Shown: one piece after another, positions 1 through 12,060 of the stretch
Position numbering within the stretch: the first letter of the stretch is position 1
Layout of the letters: each line of letters starts with the position of its first letter
Assembly (NCBI GenBank): GCA_963850305.1
Contig: CAWKKR010000006.1
Span: forward strand, 64,001 to 128,000
Source: an uncultured delta proteobacterium
GTDB lineage: Bacteria > Myxococcota_A > Polyangia > Polyangiales > Polyangiaceae
Direction: 5' to 3'
Length of the DNA: 64,000 nucleotides
Notes under the pieces: model-generated
Told to the model about the DNA's origin: nothing
Seen by the model: only the letters and a program-made list of their open reading frames with translations
Database searches by the model: none
Position numbers and translations under genes: made by a program

Positions 1-814
1 CTACGACGTGCCCGGTGTCGGGCGGTTCCGCGTCAACGTGTATCGGCAACGCGGGACGCTGGCCGTGGTGATGCGGTTCATCCCAATTGCAATTCCGACC
101 CTGGAGGGACTCGGGGCGCCCCGGGCATGCGCGGACCTGGCGCTGAAGGACCGGGGGCTCGTGCTGTGTGTGGGAGCCGCGGGAAACGGCAAGAGCAGCA
201 CTCTCGCCGCAATGATCGGGCACATGAACCGGAATCTTTCGCGGCACGTCGTCACGATCGAAGATCCGATCGAATTCCTGCACATCGACGACCGGTCGAG
301 CATCAGCCAGCGTGAGATTGGCCCCGACACGAGGACATTCGCGAACGCACTCCGCGCCGCGCTCCGGCAGGATCCCGACGTGATCCAGGTCGGTGAAATT
401 CGCGACGCCGAGACCATGGAGATCGCGCTGGAGGCCGCCGAGACGGGGCACCTGGTGCTATCCACGCTGCACACTCCGGACGTGTATCGCACGATGAACC
501 GGATCATCTCCCTCAGCGGGGAAAGCGCCGAGGATCTCCGCGAACGTCTCGGAGACGCTCTTCAAGGCATCGTCGCCCAGCGACTGCTTCCCCGGGCGGA
601 CGGGCAGGGGATGGTGCTTGCCGCCGAGGTCCTCATGGCAACCGGCTCCGTCCGGGAGACCATCAAGCGTCCTGCCGGAAATCCTCCGCTGAAGGAGCTC
701 ATGGAAGGCGGCGCGCATCCGTACGGCATGCAAACCTTCGAATCCCACATCAAGGCACTCGTCCGAGACGGAGTGGTGGATCGCGAGACGGGGCGCGGCG
801 CCATCGGGTTCTGA
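1..814 (+). CDS. PilT/PilU-family type IV pilus retraction ATPase (5'-truncated by window edge)
   Basis: RVNVYRQRG, Walker [48 protein letters not shown]. Confidence 0.9.
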   Translation, partial: YDVPGVGRFRVNVYRQRGTLAVVMRFIPIAIPTLEGLGAPRACADLALKDRGLVLCVGAAGNGKSSTLAAMIGHMNRNLSRHVVTIEDPIEFLHIDDRSSISQREIGPDTRTFANALRAALRQDPDVIQVGEIRDAETMEIALEAAETGHLVLSTLHTPDVYRTMNRIISLSGESAEDLRERLGDALQGIVAQRLLPRADGQGMVLAAEVLMATGSVRETIKRPAGNPPLKELMEGGAHPYGMQTFESHIKALVRDGVVDRETGRGAIGF

Positions 815-875
815 ACGTCCGATCATGGACAATATCCAAGCCAACCTGCCGATCTGCTATGTGAGCGCGACCGTC

Positions 876-1841
876 ATGACCATCTCCCTTCGTCACGATT
901 GGACCCTCGGTGAAGCCCGGGCGCTGCACGACCTTCCGCTTTTCGAGCTTGTGGATAGCGCGCGAGCCGTCCATCTCCAGCATCACCGCAGGAGCGAAAT
1001 ACAGCTCTGCACGCTTCTCAGCGTGAAGACGGGTGGATGTCCGGAGGATTGCGGCTACTGCTCGCAGTCCGCCCATCATGAGACGGGTGTCAAAGGTGAG
1101 CCGCTACTCAAGGTCGAGGCGGTGCTCGCCGCCGCGCGCCGCGCGAAGGACGCCGGCGCAACGCGGTTCTGCATGGGCGCGGCGTGGCGCGAAGTAAAAG
1201 ACGGGCCGCAATTCGAGCGGGTGCTCGAGATGGTGCGCGGCGTGAAGAGCCTCGGGCTCGAGGCGTGCGTGACGCTCGGGATGCTCAAGGGCGATCAGGC
1301 CGCGCGTCTGAAGGAGGCAGGGCTCGATGCTTATAACCATAACCTCGACACCTCACGATCGCATTATCGCACGATCGTATCCACGCGCACCTACGACGAT
1401 CGCCTGGGCACGCTGAAGAGCGTTCGCGAAGCGGGCATCACCGTCTGCTCTGGCGGGATCATCGGAATGGGCGAGAGTGTCGACGACCGGTGCGCGCTCC
1501 TCGTCGAGCTCTCCTCGCTCGTTCCACATCCGGAGAGCGTGCCCGTCAATGCTCTGGTTCCGGTCGCCGGAACCCCGCTCGCGTCGATGGACCCGGTCGA
1601 CCCGATCGATTTCGTTCGCATGATCGCCACCGCGCGGATCCTCATGCCGACGTCCCGAGTTCGTTTGAGCGCGGGGCGAACGACGCTCTCGCGCGAAGCT
1701 CAGCTTCTTTGCCTTTACGCGGGAGCAAACAGCATCTTCTACGGCGATCGCCTCCTGACCACACCGAACCCGGGTCCCGATGGGGATTCCGAGTTGCTCC
1801 GCACAGCGGGGCTCACGGCGCAGTCCAGCGCGGCGGAGTAG
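876..1841 (+). CDS. bioB: Biotin synthase (radical SAM)
   Basis: [15 protein letters not shown] (CxxxCxxC), [42 protein letters not shown]; start 876 or 825. Confidence 0.95.
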   Translation: MTISLRHDWTLGEARALHDLPLFELVDSARAVHLQHHRRSEIQLCTLLSVKTGGCPEDCGYCSQSAHHETGVKGEPLLKVEAVLAAARRAKDAGATRFCMGAAWREVKDGPQFERVLEMVRGVKSLGLEACVTLGMLKGDQAARLKEAGLDAYNHNLDTSRSHYRTIVSTRTYDDRLGTLKSVREAGITVCSGGIIGMGESVDDRCALLVELSSLVPHPESVPVNALVPVAGTPLASMDPVDPIDFVRMIATARILMPTSRVRLSAGRTTLSREAQLLCLYAGANSIFYGDRLLTTPNPGPDGDSELLRTAGLTAQSSAAE

Positions 1842-3345
1842 GCGCTCCTCTGACGTTCGCCAGCGCGAGGTCCGTCCTGTCGAGGCGCACTACGCGCACC
1901 GTTCGTACGGCCCGGTCAGCCCGAAAGATGCGAACGAGCCGCACGCGCACGACGTGGCGGTCCGGGAATTCGGCGGCCGCGTCCGCCGGGAATCGATCGT
2001 CGCTCACGAGAAGGAGGCTTCGGGCGTTGGACCAGGTCTTTTGGGGGTACCATCCCTGAAAATCATCCCCGCCGGAAGTCAGGCAACCGACGTTCGTGCC
2101 GGCGCCGAGTCCTGCGTGGAGCTGCGCGCAGACGACCCAATGCGGCCCGACAACGACGCCCGGGTCCCCCTCTCGCGCGAGTTCGTCGAGTTCTTCTCTG
2201 ACGACCGGGAGCACGCGCTTCCACACGAACAGATCGTTGACCAAATCGTACCGCGCGACGTACCGCGAGCCGGCGACCCTGGGGAACAGGTTCGTAGCCA
2301 CGACGGCCCAGCCGAGCGCGGCGGCGATTAGGCCGGTTGCCACAGCGCCTCGATGGATCCACGCGCTCGGGGCAGGGACGCGCGCGACTCCGAGCGCAAG
2401 TCCGAGATAGGCAGGCCCGAGCCAGTGCGGTTCCGCGACACGCGACCACGAACAGAGGACGACTAGCGGAACTCCTGGTACGATGGTTGCGAACGTCAGC
2501 AGTCGATTGACGGGGTCGTCGAGGCGTCTCCAGAGTTCGCGGAACACGACGTACGCTCCGGCGAGGAACGCAGGAGTGACGTACAAAAGCTGGCCACCAA
2601 CCAACCCTCCCAAGTTGCGCAGGGAAAGGCCAGCGTGAATTTGCGTGGCGACGAGGCGGTGCGTGAGCATCGGCAATCCGTGCGCCCGCTCCCACGCGAT
2701 GATGGGTGCCACGAGGATCCCCGCGACTGCGAGCCCACACCACGGCCCGATGGTGCGAAGATGCGCGCGCCCCGCCCGACTCGCGAAGACGGCGACCAGC
2801 GTCACCGTGAGAAGGAAGCCGGTGGCTTTCGCCGTCATCGCGACGCCGGCAAGCAATCCGGCGGCGACCGCACCTGCAAGGGCCGCGCGCGTTCCGGGCT
2901 CGGACCTCAGCGCGAGCGCTGCGGCACCGAGGGCGGCAAGCCAGGTTGCCGCCAGCGGGAGATCGGGAGTGAGCCCGAAGAGGCCGATGGACATCTCGGG
3001 CACGAGCGCCAGGGCAAAGAACGTTCTGAGCGCGGTGTCGCGATTGCCCGAGATGCGCGCGGCGGCGAAGCCGACCCAGGGGAGCAGCGTCGCGGCGACG
3101 GCGGTGACGCGATGCGCGTTCAGCGGAGTGGGCGCGCCGCCATCGCCGATGAGCCGCGCGATCGAGCCGATCAAACCGGGATGATCGAGATAGGCGGGTT
3201 GTGGGTGAAGAGCGTACGCGGCGTACAGCGCTTCCGCGTCCCCGAATCCGACCAATCCGGCAAGATGCCATCGGGCAAAGAACAACCCGATCGACAGAGC
3301 GAATGCATGCGATAGGTCGTGGGAATCAGTCTTCACGTGAGCCAT
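1813..3345 (-). CDS. GT39/ArnT-PMT-like membrane glycosyltransferase
   Basis: GDAEALY...[22 protein letters not shown] motifs; many TM segments; start MAHVK at 3345 overlaps the lpxB stop. Confidence 0.75.
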   Translation of the reverse strand: MAHVKTDSHDLSHAFALSIGLFFARWHLAGLVGFGDAEALYAAYALHPQPAYLDHPGLIGSIARLIGDGGAPTPLNAHRVTAVAATLLPWVGFAAARISGNRDTALRTFFALALVPEMSIGLFGLTPDLPLAATWLAALGAAALALRSEPGTRAALAGAVAAGLLAGVAMTAKATGFLLTVTLVAVFASRAGRAHLRTIGPWCGLAVAGILVAPIIAWERAHGLPMLTHRLVATQIHAGLSLRNLGGLVGGQLLYVTPAFLAGAYVVFRELWRRLDDPVNRLLTFATIVPGVPLVVLCSWSRVAEPHWLGPAYLGLALGVARVPAPSAWIHRGAVATGLIAAALGWAVVATNLFPRVAGSRYVARYDLVNDLFVWKRVLPVVREELDELAREGDPGVVVGPHWVVCAQLHAGLGAGTNVGCLTSGGDDFQGWYPQKTWSNARSLLLVSDDRFPADAAAEFPDRHVVRVRLVRIFRADRAVRTVRVVRLDRTDLALANVRGAPTPPRWTAP

Positions 3346-4421
3346 GGTCCGAGCAGGCGCGCGACACGCTCGTGAGGGGCATCGGAGTTCGAGCCTTCTT
3401 CCAGCACGCCTCGGACCTCTGCGCAGACCGCGACGTTGGCCTCGTGATTTCTCAGGATCTGGGACGCGCCGGAAGCGACGGCTTCGGGCGTGAACGCCGC
3501 CTGAACGAGCTCCGGGAACGCACGTCGGTCGAGAACGAGGTTCGGCAACCCGATGTGCTTCACCCGGACTAGCCTGCGCGCCACTCCGTAGGTGAGGGGA
3601 TCCGTGCGATAGACGATGACCGGTGGGACGCCTGCCGCAGCACACTCGAGCGTTGCCGTCCCGCTCGCGACGAGCGCGACATGATGACCCGCCAGGGCTG
3701 CGCCGAGCTGGGCGTCGGTGAGGGCAAGTCCCCGCGCCCGAGCGGCGCACTGCATCCAGCCGGCCGTCGTCGCGTCGAGCAATCGAGCACGCACCACGGT
3801 CGACACGGCCCCGTGCGAACGGGCCAGGCGGCTCGCGACGTCGAGGAGTACGTCTAGATGCGCGCGTGCTTCGTGAGCGCGACTTCCAGGGAGAATGGCG
3901 ACGCGCAACGGCATGGTCGTGGGCGCGGGCAAGAAGGCGTGCGCCAGCGCCGGGTGGCCGACATAGTCCGCGGAGGCGCCCGCCGCGGCCCAGGCGACTC
4001 GCTCGAAAGGGAGTGTCACCGCGAGGCGTTCGCACGTCGCGCCGATGGTTCGCGCTCGCGCGGCGCGCCACGCCCAGACCTGCGGCGGCGCATACCAGAG
4101 CACCCGCGTCCCGGAGGACGAGAGCACGGCCGCGATGCGCGCGTTCACTTCCGAGAAGCCGACCAGCAGTGCGGCCGAAGGTCGTCGCTTCCGTGCGCAC
4201 GCGAGGACTCGAAGCGCGGCCGAGACGATCGCCGGCGCACGACGGATCGCAGGGGCGACGCCGATGGCGGCCACTGCGGAAAGATCGGCGACCAGCTCGG
4301 TCCCCGCGCCAGCCAGACGAGCGCCCCCCAGGCCGAAACTGGCCACGCCGAGAGACACAACGACCGGGGCGGCAAGGGAGTCACCGGACGCTTCCCCGGC
4401 GACGACGAGCAATGCCGTCAT
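3333..4421 (-). CDS. lpxB: Lipid-A-disaccharide synthase
   Basis: VAGEASGD, PPQVWAWR, LPFE, YVGHP, LPGSRAHE, SGTATLE, GLPNL. Confidence 0.9.
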   Translation of the reverse strand: MTALLVVAGEASGDSLAAPVVVSLGVASFGLGGARLAGAGTELVADLSAVAAIGVAPAIRRAPAIVSAALRVLACARKRRPSAALLVGFSEVNARIAAVLSSSGTRVLWYAPPQVWAWRAARARTIGATCERLAVTLPFERVAWAAAGASADYVGHPALAHAFLPAPTTMPLRVAILPGSRAHEARAHLDVLLDVASRLARSHGAVSTVVRARLLDATTAGWMQCAARARGLALTDAQLGAALAGHHVALVASGTATLECAAAGVPPVIVYRTDPLTYGVARRLVRVKHIGLPNLVLDRRAFPELVQAAFTPEAVASGASQILRNHEANVAVCAEVRGVLEEGSNSDAPHERVARLLGPWLT

Positions 4422-5362
4422 GCGCAAAGCAGCGAGCGACGACGCCGGAGGGCTGCGGCGAGCACCACGAGACCGGAGACGAGACCGCGCGGGCTTCCGG
4501 GGATGCGGCGCGCCGTGAAGGAACAGCCGTGGCTGTTGGTTGGGTCGTCCCCCACGCAATAGCGGGTGAAGCCGTGCACGGGGTTCGGGGCCGTGCAGGC
4601 GGGTGCCTCACGGTCGGGTGGATACACGCTGCAGATCCCCGCGACGTCGTCGGCGGAAAGGGTCCGAAAGCTGATGTCGCCCGGCGAATAGTTTGCGAAC
4701 ATGGTCGCGGCCTTGTCCAGGGAATGAGCGAGGCCGAGAAAATGCCCCGCCTCGTGCGTCACGATCGACTGCACATCGGACTGAACGTCAGTGTTCGATG
4801 TCGTGAGTTTGTTCGCGGGGGAAAATGAGTTCAACTCGACATCCGCGTCCAGAATCTCGCCGGTCTCGACCTCGAACGTGATGGTCGTCAACGCCAGCGT
4901 CGAGCCCGGGCTCTGATAAGGCCAGCTCGAATCGCGGAACATCCAGACATTCGCGTTCGGGCCTTGCTCGTTGAACTCGGGCACTCCGCAGATCACCGGC
5001 CCGTAAGATTGGTCCATGTCCCACATCTTGAACGACGGATGGAGCCCGCCACCGCAGTCGGCTCCTGCCCATTGTTCGAAGGCGAGCGCGACGATGTGGT
5101 CGAACGTTTGATAGCTGATGTGTTGCTTGGTCGATCCATCTTGTTGTACCCCGAACGAGAGACACTCGGGGGCCCAGAAGAGCGGCTGGCCTTCCGTGGC
5201 GCAGCCGTTCGCGTCGAGGTCACAGTTGGCAAGCGGGTTCGGTGCGTTGCACGTGGTCGTTCGGCACCAAGCGTTCGCGCGGCTTGCAGCGAAGAGCGAG
5301 GCTGTCACGGCTGCGAGTACAGTCCACCTCCTCGGGCTCGGAAACGATCGCGGGTCGCGCAA
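4418..5362 (-). CDS. Secreted matrixin (M10-like metzincin) with C-terminal sorting/anchor tail
   Basis: Signal peptide, HEAGHFLGLAHS Zn motif, Met-turn ATMF, C-terminal GC + hydrophobic stretch + RRRR (MYXO-CTERM-like); start approximate (TTG 5362). Confidence 0.8.
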   Translation of the reverse strand: MRDPRSFPSPRRWTVLAAVTASLFAASRANAWCRTTTCNAPNPLANCDLDANGCATEGQPLFWAPECLSFGVQQDGSTKQHISYQTFDHIVALAFEQWAGADCGGGLHPSFKMWDMDQSYGPVICGVPEFNEQGPNANVWMFRDSSWPYQSPGSTLALTTITFEVETGEILDADVELNSFSPANKLTTSNTDVQSDVQSIVTHEAGHFLGLAHSLDKAATMFANYSPGDISFRTLSADDVAGICSVYPPDREAPACTAPNPVHGFTRYCVGDDPTNSHGCSFTARRIPGSPRGLVSGLVVLAAALRRRRSLLCA

Positions 5363-5372
5363 AGCTGCTGCC

Positions 5373-5942
5373 CTATGGCGTGCCGCGCGTGAACGCGTCG
5401 AACACGAGGGTTTCGACTTCGCCAAGTGTGCGTTGATCGAGCAAGCGTACCGCGGCATTGGGACCGAAAACTTCCGCTGCCGCGGGGTTCGCGCGAACGC
5501 GCCGCACGCCCTTCGAGTCAGAGAAGACCGGGTAGTGCCCCTGCGACATCGCCGTCACGCAGAATACGTCCGGGTTGATGGCCTGAAGGAAAAGCACGGC
5601 CGTGGCGCCCCGCCGCAGAATCGCCTCGCCGGGAACGATCTGACCGATGTGGCCGACCACGCCGCCGAGCGAACGAACCATCAGCTCGGGTGACGCCGAC
5701 GCCCGGCCGTCGATTGAGTACTCCGTGCGGACACGGGCATACGTGACGACCCGCGAGCGTCCGCCTACGGACTCCCAAGTCGACGAAAGGTCCAGCGGTG
5801 TGGCAACGAGCGCGTGCTGACTCTGGGCGACCAGCTCGGAAAGCGTCAGGGCTCGAGCTATCATGGCCCGCGCGGGTTTGGCCAGCGCAGCCCACGACGC
5901 GGCCGCCAGGCCCCCGAACAGGAGCGCGCGTCTCGAAAGCAT
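5373..5942 (-). CDS. Hypothetical exported protein, probable Tat signal, cotranscribed with the matrixin
   Basis: SRRALL twin-arginine motif, hydrophobic core and ARA cleavage site; directly upstream of the matrixin. Confidence 0.65.
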   Translation of the reverse strand: MLSRRALLFGGLAAASWAALAKPARAMIARALTLSELVAQSQHALVATPLDLSSTWESVGGRSRVVTYARVRTEYSIDGRASASPELMVRSLGGVVGHIGQIVPGEAILRRGATAVLFLQAINPDVFCVTAMSQGHYPVFSDSKGVRRVRANPAAAEVFGPNAAVRLLDQRTLGEVETLVFDAFTRGTP

Positions 5943-6047
5943 GGGGCCAGGCTAGCACACTCGGCCGACGTACCGGCGGACTCTGCCCATCGGTTGGCAG
6001 GTTCTCGGGACTTCTCCTTCCCCGCTCGGCCCGCTGCGCTATAACGC

Positions 6048-8765
6048 GTGTCCGAGGGCGCGAGCCCGTTGCTGATGGCGCATCCGGCTCCTCACCAGGC
6101 ATCCGCTGACCGCCCCTTGCTCGAGCGGTTGTCGACACAGCTGGTTCCCGAGCTGCGACGCTATTTGAGCCAGCACCGGGCGGCCGTGGAAACTGTCATC
6201 CTGGGAAAGGCGCTCGAAGGGGGCGTTCCTGCCGGCCGTAGGTATTCGAAAATTTACGACGGGCTTCTGTCGTCCCTGTTCCACGCCGCCAAAACGGCCA
6301 TGAACCGGGGAGGGCACTGGACTCCGCTTTCGCTTGCGGCCGTGGGCAGTTACGGCCGATGTGCCCTGGCGCCGCACAGCGACCTCGACGTGCGCATTCT
6401 GTGTGAGCGAGATGCTGCGTCCGCTGCCCCGGCGGCTGAAGCGCTTCTTTACCCGCTCTGGGATGCTGGTCTGAATATTGGGCACCAGGTGGTGACAGCG
6501 GAGGACGTCATCGAGCTGGCTCGGCAGGATCTGCCGACGGCCACGTCGTTGCTCGACTTTCGCGCCATCACCGGCGACACCGACCTCGGGGCAAAACTCT
6601 TGGAACGCGCCTTCCAGGGTGTCTTCGGTCCTGGCGATCTCGCCATGTTCCTCGAGCGTCTGGACCTGAGCGCGAGCGAGCGGCACGGACGCTTCGGCGG
6701 ATCGGTGTTCCTGCTCGAGCCGGACGTGAAGAACGGAGAGGGCGGTCTCCGAGACATGGACATCGCCCACTGGTCCGCCCGCGCGCGGTGGCGCGTCGCA
6801 GATCTCGCCGATCTGGTCCGCATCGGTATCTTGGTGCCGCGTGAATGGGCGGAGATGGAGGCTGCGCGAAATCTACTATTCCGCGTCCGGAACTTGTTGC
6901 ACCTGGCTGCAGGTCGTCGCGCCGATCGTCTCAGCTTCGATCAACAGGAACGGCTCGCGGAGCAACTCGGGTACGGCTCGGGGGGGCCTGCGGTCGAGCG
7001 TTTCATGAGCGACTACTACCGACACGCTCGAGCGATCGCGCGGGGTCGCGAAATGATTCTGGCGCGGGCGAAGCCGCCGCCCCGGCGGCGGCCGCGCGAG
7101 ACGCCGATCGGTCGCGGTCTGAAACTCCAGCGCGACGCGGTGTCTCTCGTGAATCCCGAGGAGCTGTATCATGAACCAGCGCTCGCCCTTCGGCTCTACG
7201 ACGAGGCTGTTCGGCGTGATCTGCCGGTCTACGACTTCGCGCGCCAGGCGGTCGCGCGCGCCGTGTCGAGCCCGGAATTCGGCGAACGGTTGAGAAAAAG
7301 CGAGGAAGCATCCGAGCTTTTCACGAGACTCGCGTGCGTCGTCCAGCAAACGAAGCTCCGCCGCGGGTCGGTCCTTCACGACCTTCACGAGGTCGGACTC
7401 CTCGTCGCGATGGTGCCCGAGTTTCTCCCTGTCGTCGGACGTGTTCATCACGATATTTATCACGTGTACACGGTCGATGTGCACTCCGTCGCGGCCGTGG
7501 ATCAGCTGCGCGCTCTGTGTCGTGGCGACCTGGCTGCGGAGCATCCGCTCGCGTGTCGTCTCGCCGCGGAGCTCCCGCGGCCCCTGGTTCTGTTCTTTGC
7601 GACGCTACTTCACGACATCGGCAAAGACCTTGGTGGCAAGCATCATCCCGAGCGCGGCGCGGAGATGTGTCGCACGATCCTGGGACGACTCGGCGTGGCC
7701 GACGCGGATATCATCGAAGTGCAACACCACGTGCTGAAGCATCTTCGCATGTATCACGTGGCGACGCGCAGGGACATCGACGATCCCCGCACGCTCGAAG
7801 AGTTCTGCGGGGAGGTCAGGGGGCCCGAAGGGCTCCGAGAGCTTTACCTCCTGACCCTCGCGGACGTGACCACGACCAGTCCTGGCTCGATGACGAGCTG
7901 GAAGCGGCGAATGCTCGACGAACTCTACGTTGCCGCGGAGCGGTACCTGGCCGGTGCAGAGACGCGCGGGCCTGGTCGCTCCGAGGGGGTCAAAGCGGAG
8001 GTCCGCGCTTTGTGGCCTGGCGACCAGGACACTGGCTTCCTCGAGCACTTCTTGGACGCTCTTCCCGAGCGTTACCTCTACGCGAACGAGCCTGGTGCGA
8101 TCGTGGCGCAAGCTCTCTTCGCGCTCGACGCACAATCGCGTCCAGCCAGTGTCTGCGTTCTGTCCACCAGCGATCCGTACGTCGAGCTCTGCGTGGTGGC
8201 CGACGACCGTCCGGGGCTGCTCGCCATGATCACTGCAACGTTCAGTCACGCGAAGCTGAAGGTTTTCAGCGCGCAGATCTACTCGTGGATCGGGCAGGAC
8301 GGCCGGAGCCGGGCGCTCGATATGTTCTGGGTGCGAAGTGGCCAGGAGGCGGACCTTGCCGTGCGGCTGGTGCCGGCCCTCGAACGGGATCTCGAGTTGC
8401 TCATAGCGGGGAAGATCGACCCCGTCGAACTCGCCACTGGCGCGCAACCCCAGGCAAAGTGGAGCATGCGGCCGACGCCGCCCGTGGCCACGAAGGTCAA
8501 CGTCGATAACCGCTCGGCCACGAACCACACAATCATCGAGGTCATCACGCGGGATCGCCGGGGACTTCTGTTCTGGCTCGCAAGCACGATTCAGCGCGCG
8601 GGGCTCTCGATTTCGTTTGCCAAAATCAACACCGAGGGCGAGCGCGTGGCGGACGTGTTTTACGTATCCGAGGAGAGTGGTGGTAAGGTTCTCGACATCG
8701 AGCGCACCGACGACCTCACGCGGCGCATTCTCTCGATGATCGCCCGTCTCGACTCCGGAGTATGA
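6048..8765 (+). CDS. glnD: [Protein-PII] uridylyltransferase/uridylyl-removing enzyme
   Basis: AVGSYGR..HSDLD NTase, EPDVKNGEGGLRD, YHVYTVDVH, LLHDIGK HD domain, two C-terminal ACT domains (DRPGLL, DRRGLL). Confidence 0.93.
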   Translation: MSEGASPLLMAHPAPHQASADRPLLERLSTQLVPELRRYLSQHRAAVETVILGKALEGGVPAGRRYSKIYDGLLSSLFHAAKTAMNRGGHWTPLSLAAVGSYGRCALAPHSDLDVRILCERDAASAAPAAEALLYPLWDAGLNIGHQVVTAEDVIELARQDLPTATSLLDFRAITGDTDLGAKLLERAFQGVFGPGDLAMFLERLDLSASERHGRFGGSVFLLEPDVKNGEGGLRDMDIAHWSARARWRVADLADLVRIGILVPREWAEMEAARNLLFRVRNLLHLAAGRRADRLSFDQQERLAEQLGYGSGGPAVERFMSDYYRHARAIARGREMILARAKPPPRRRPRETPIGRGLKLQRDAVSLVNPEELYHEPALALRLYDEAVRRDLPVYDFARQAVARAVSSPEFGERLRKSEEASELFTRLACVVQQTKLRRGSVLHDLHEVGLLVAMVPEFLPVVGRVHHDIYHVYTVDVHSVAAVDQLRALCRGDLAAEHPLACRLAAELPRPLVLFFATLLHDIGKDLGGKHHPERGAEMCRTILGRLGVADADIIEVQHHVLKHLRMYHVATRRDIDDPRTLEEFCGEVRGPEGLRELYLLTLADVTTTSPGSMTSWKRRMLDELYVAAERYLAGAETRGPGRSEGVKAEVRALWPGDQDTGFLEHFLDALPERYLYANEPGAIVAQALFALDAQSRPASVCVLSTSDPYVELCVVADDRPGLLAMITATFSHAKLKVFSAQIYSWIGQDGRSRALDMFWVRSGQEADLAVRLVPALERDLELLIAGKIDPVELATGAQPQAKWSMRPTPPVATKVNVDNRSATNHTIIEVITRDRRGLLFWLASTIQRAGLSISFAKINTEGERVADVFYVSEESGGKVLDIERTDDLTRRILSMIARLDSGV

Positions 8766-9781
8766 AGATGACGCACCGTGTTTGGTCGCCGCGTGCCTGC
8801 GCAGTGATGGCCCTGATTCTGTCGGTTACGGCCGTAGCCTGTGGCGGCTCGACGCAACCCGCGCAGAGCTCCCCGAGCTCCAACAACCCTCCCGCCCTCG
8901 ATGACTCGCCCGCCGAGGCCACGGCGTCCGCGCCGAGCGCCGAGGTGAAGCAAGGGACGGAAGCCATCCAAGCGGGCGACTTTGCCAAGGCCAGGACGAT
9001 CCTCGAAGCGGCTGCTGCGCAGAATCCGAAAGATCCGCAGGCCGCGTTCTATCTCGGCGTGGCCATCGAGGGGCTTGGCGATGGGAAAGGGGCGGCCGAG
9101 CACTACCAGCAGGCGCTGATGCTGGACCCCAAGCTCACGGAAGCCAGCGCGAACCTTTCGGGTGTCCTGCTCGACAGCGGCGATCCTGCCGGCGCCCTCG
9201 CCGCTGCGAACGCCGGGCTCGCGAATGCGCCGAAGAGTCCATCGTTACTCCGCGATCGTGCCGTCGCGCTCGATGCGACGGACAGCAAGGCCGCGCCTGA
9301 CGCGTTCAAGGCCGCCGTCCAGGCGGCGCCGAACGACACGGAAATTCAATTCCTCTACGCCCAGACGCTGGCTCATTCGGGAGACGCACCTGGTGCCCTC
9401 GCCGTGCTGAAGCCAGTTACGAGTACCAACGATCTCGCGGTCCTAGCGTCGGCGGGACGTCTGTTCGGACAGCTCAAGGACTTCCAAGATTGCATCGCGA
9501 CCCTCGACAAGGCGATTGGTCAAAAGGACGTTGCGGAACTCCGAGTCGAGCGCGGTGTGTGCAAACACGGGAACAGGGACGAAAAAGGCGCCGACGAGGA
9601 CTTCGCGGCGGCCATCGCTTCCGACCCGAAGTATGCTCCCGCGCATTATTACCTCGGACAGTCCAAGCGCGCGTCGGGCGACAAGAGGGGAGCGAAGGCG
9701 GAGCTCGAAAAAGCAGCGGCACTCGATGCGACCGGCGGTGTCGGGGCTGCCGCCAAGAAAGCACTTGCCGAGTTGAAGTGA
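8762..9781 (+). CDS. TPR-repeat lipoprotein
   Basis: Lipobox AVAC, repeated TPR patterns (A..YLG..A..YQQAL.LDP); ATGA overlap with glnD. Confidence 0.8.
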   Translation: MKMTHRVWSPRACAVMALILSVTAVACGGSTQPAQSSPSSNNPPALDDSPAEATASAPSAEVKQGTEAIQAGDFAKARTILEAAAAQNPKDPQAAFYLGVAIEGLGDGKGAAEHYQQALMLDPKLTEASANLSGVLLDSGDPAGALAAANAGLANAPKSPSLLRDRAVALDATDSKAAPDAFKAAVQAAPNDTEIQFLYAQTLAHSGDAPGALAVLKPVTSTNDLAVLASAGRLFGQLKDFQDCIATLDKAIGQKDVAELRVERGVCKHGNRDEKGADEDFAAAIASDPKYAPAHYYLGQSKRASGDKRGAKAELEKAAALDATGGVGAAAKKALAELK

Positions 9782-9796
9782 TGCGCGAGAGCTCGT

Positions 9797-10677
9797 TCAG
9801 AGAAGAAGGTCGATGAGACGATCGAGTTCGTCCAAGCTCGAGTACCTGATTACGATCTCGCCCTTCCCGTCTCGATCGTGCACCTGGCACTTGGTGCCCA
9901 GGCGACGGGCGAATCGCGACTCGAGATCACGTACTGCCGGCGTCTTGCTCTTGGCCCCTGGGGTGGATGAGCTGTTACGGGCGCCCCCCTTTGCGGCGCG
10001 GACCAGTCCCTCCGTTTGCCGGACGCTCAGCCGCCCCGTTGCGACCTTGTCCGCGAGGGCTGAAAGGCTTGCTTCGTCAGGCGCGCCGAGAAGAGCACGG
10101 GCGTGCCCCTCACTGAGTTCGCCCGAGACGACCAAGCGACGAACGCGCTCCGGCAACTTGACGAGCCGGAGGGCATTGGCGATCGTCGATCGATCTTTCC
10201 CCATCCGATCTGCAAGGGACTCCTGTGTGTACCCGTGTTCGGCGACCAGCCGATGCAATGCTTCGGCGAACTCAATGGCGTTCAGATCTTCGCGCTGAAT
10301 GTTCTCGATGAGCGCCAGCTCGAAGGCATCCCTCGTCGACACATCGCGAACGACGACGAGCACCTCACGGAGTCCGGCGCGCTGCGCGGCGCGCCACCGC
10401 CGTTCCCCCGCGACGAGTTCATACGCCTCTCCCTGTTTCCGCACGACGAGGGGTTCGATGAGCCCGTGCTCGCGAATCGATTGCGCGAGTTCATCGAGGC
10501 GCTCTTTGTCGAAGTGCTGCCGAGGCTGCCCTTTCTGTGGAACGATCTTCTCGATCGGGCACTCGAATACGTTGCCGCGCCCGTAGGATTGTCCCGTGCT
10601 CGCGATCGGCTCTTTTCGCGTCGGCAAGAGCGCGTCCAGGCCGCGGCCGAGTCCGCGGGGAGGTTTACCGAGCGCGT

Positions 10678-10681
<4 letters not shown>
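9797..10681 (-). CDS. parB: Chromosome partitioning protein ParB
   Basis: GLGRGLDAL N-terminus, QPRQHF, VAGERRWRAA, ENIQREDLN, HTH region, GHARALL; GTG start overlaps parA stop. Confidence 0.93.
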
Positions 10682-11439
<758 letters not shown>

Positions 11440-11680
11440 TGCTCTCCTTCGGGCCTTCCCTCGTATCGACTCGTTCTGTCGCCGCCGTCAACGTTGCGGT
11501 CCGCGAGCCGTCCCTTATCGAAATTCAGCCGCATTCGGGCGTTTTGTTGGAGGTTTCTTTGGCATATCGTACTCTGTAGTCAGATGTAGGTGTTGCTCTT
11601 ACTAAAGCCTACCTATGAACGACTGAGCTTGTCCGGCTGCGGCAGCTCCCACGACATCCGTTGCCCGAAGGAGAACCCGA

Positions 11681-11869
11681 ATGGCACTTCCGAGAGCTTA
11701 CAGCACCTTCGCCGACTTCGAGCGCGAGGAGATACGCCCCGCCATGCGAATCGGATGGTCCATGGACGAGCTTCACGCCCCGCACGAGGCGGAGCTGGAA
11801 TTCGACCTCGACCCATTCGAGACCGCGCTCCAGGCGGCTGAAGCCGCTGACGACGACTCCGATGACTGA
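11681..11869 (+). CDS. Small acidic hypothetical protein (62 aa)
   Basis: AAGGAG Shine-Dalgarno 7 nt upstream of ATG, typical codon usage, downstream terminator-like hairpin. Confidence 0.6.
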   Translation: MALPRAYSTFADFEREEIRPAMRIGWSMDELHAPHEAELEFDLDPFETALQAAEAADDDSDD

Positions 11870-11950
11870 GCTTGATTGGCTTTGCTTGACCGGTTTTCAT
11901 CAACAGAGATGACGGAGGCCGGGGCCCCAGACCTCCCGGGGCCGACCGTC

Positions 11951-11993
11951 GCGCCCCCACGGACTGCCACCCGTGGGGGCGCAAACCTTTTTT
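11951..11993 (+). terminator. Putative intrinsic terminator
   Basis: 12-bp stem GCGCCCCCACGG/CCGTGGGGGCGC, 8-nt loop, followed by AAACCTTTTTT. Confidence 0.55.
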
Positions 11994-12060
11994 GCCTATC
12001 GCGGCCGGACGCGTCGAGATTGACCTTCCTTTCGCCGCATGGCACGGAGGCTTCCCTCCA

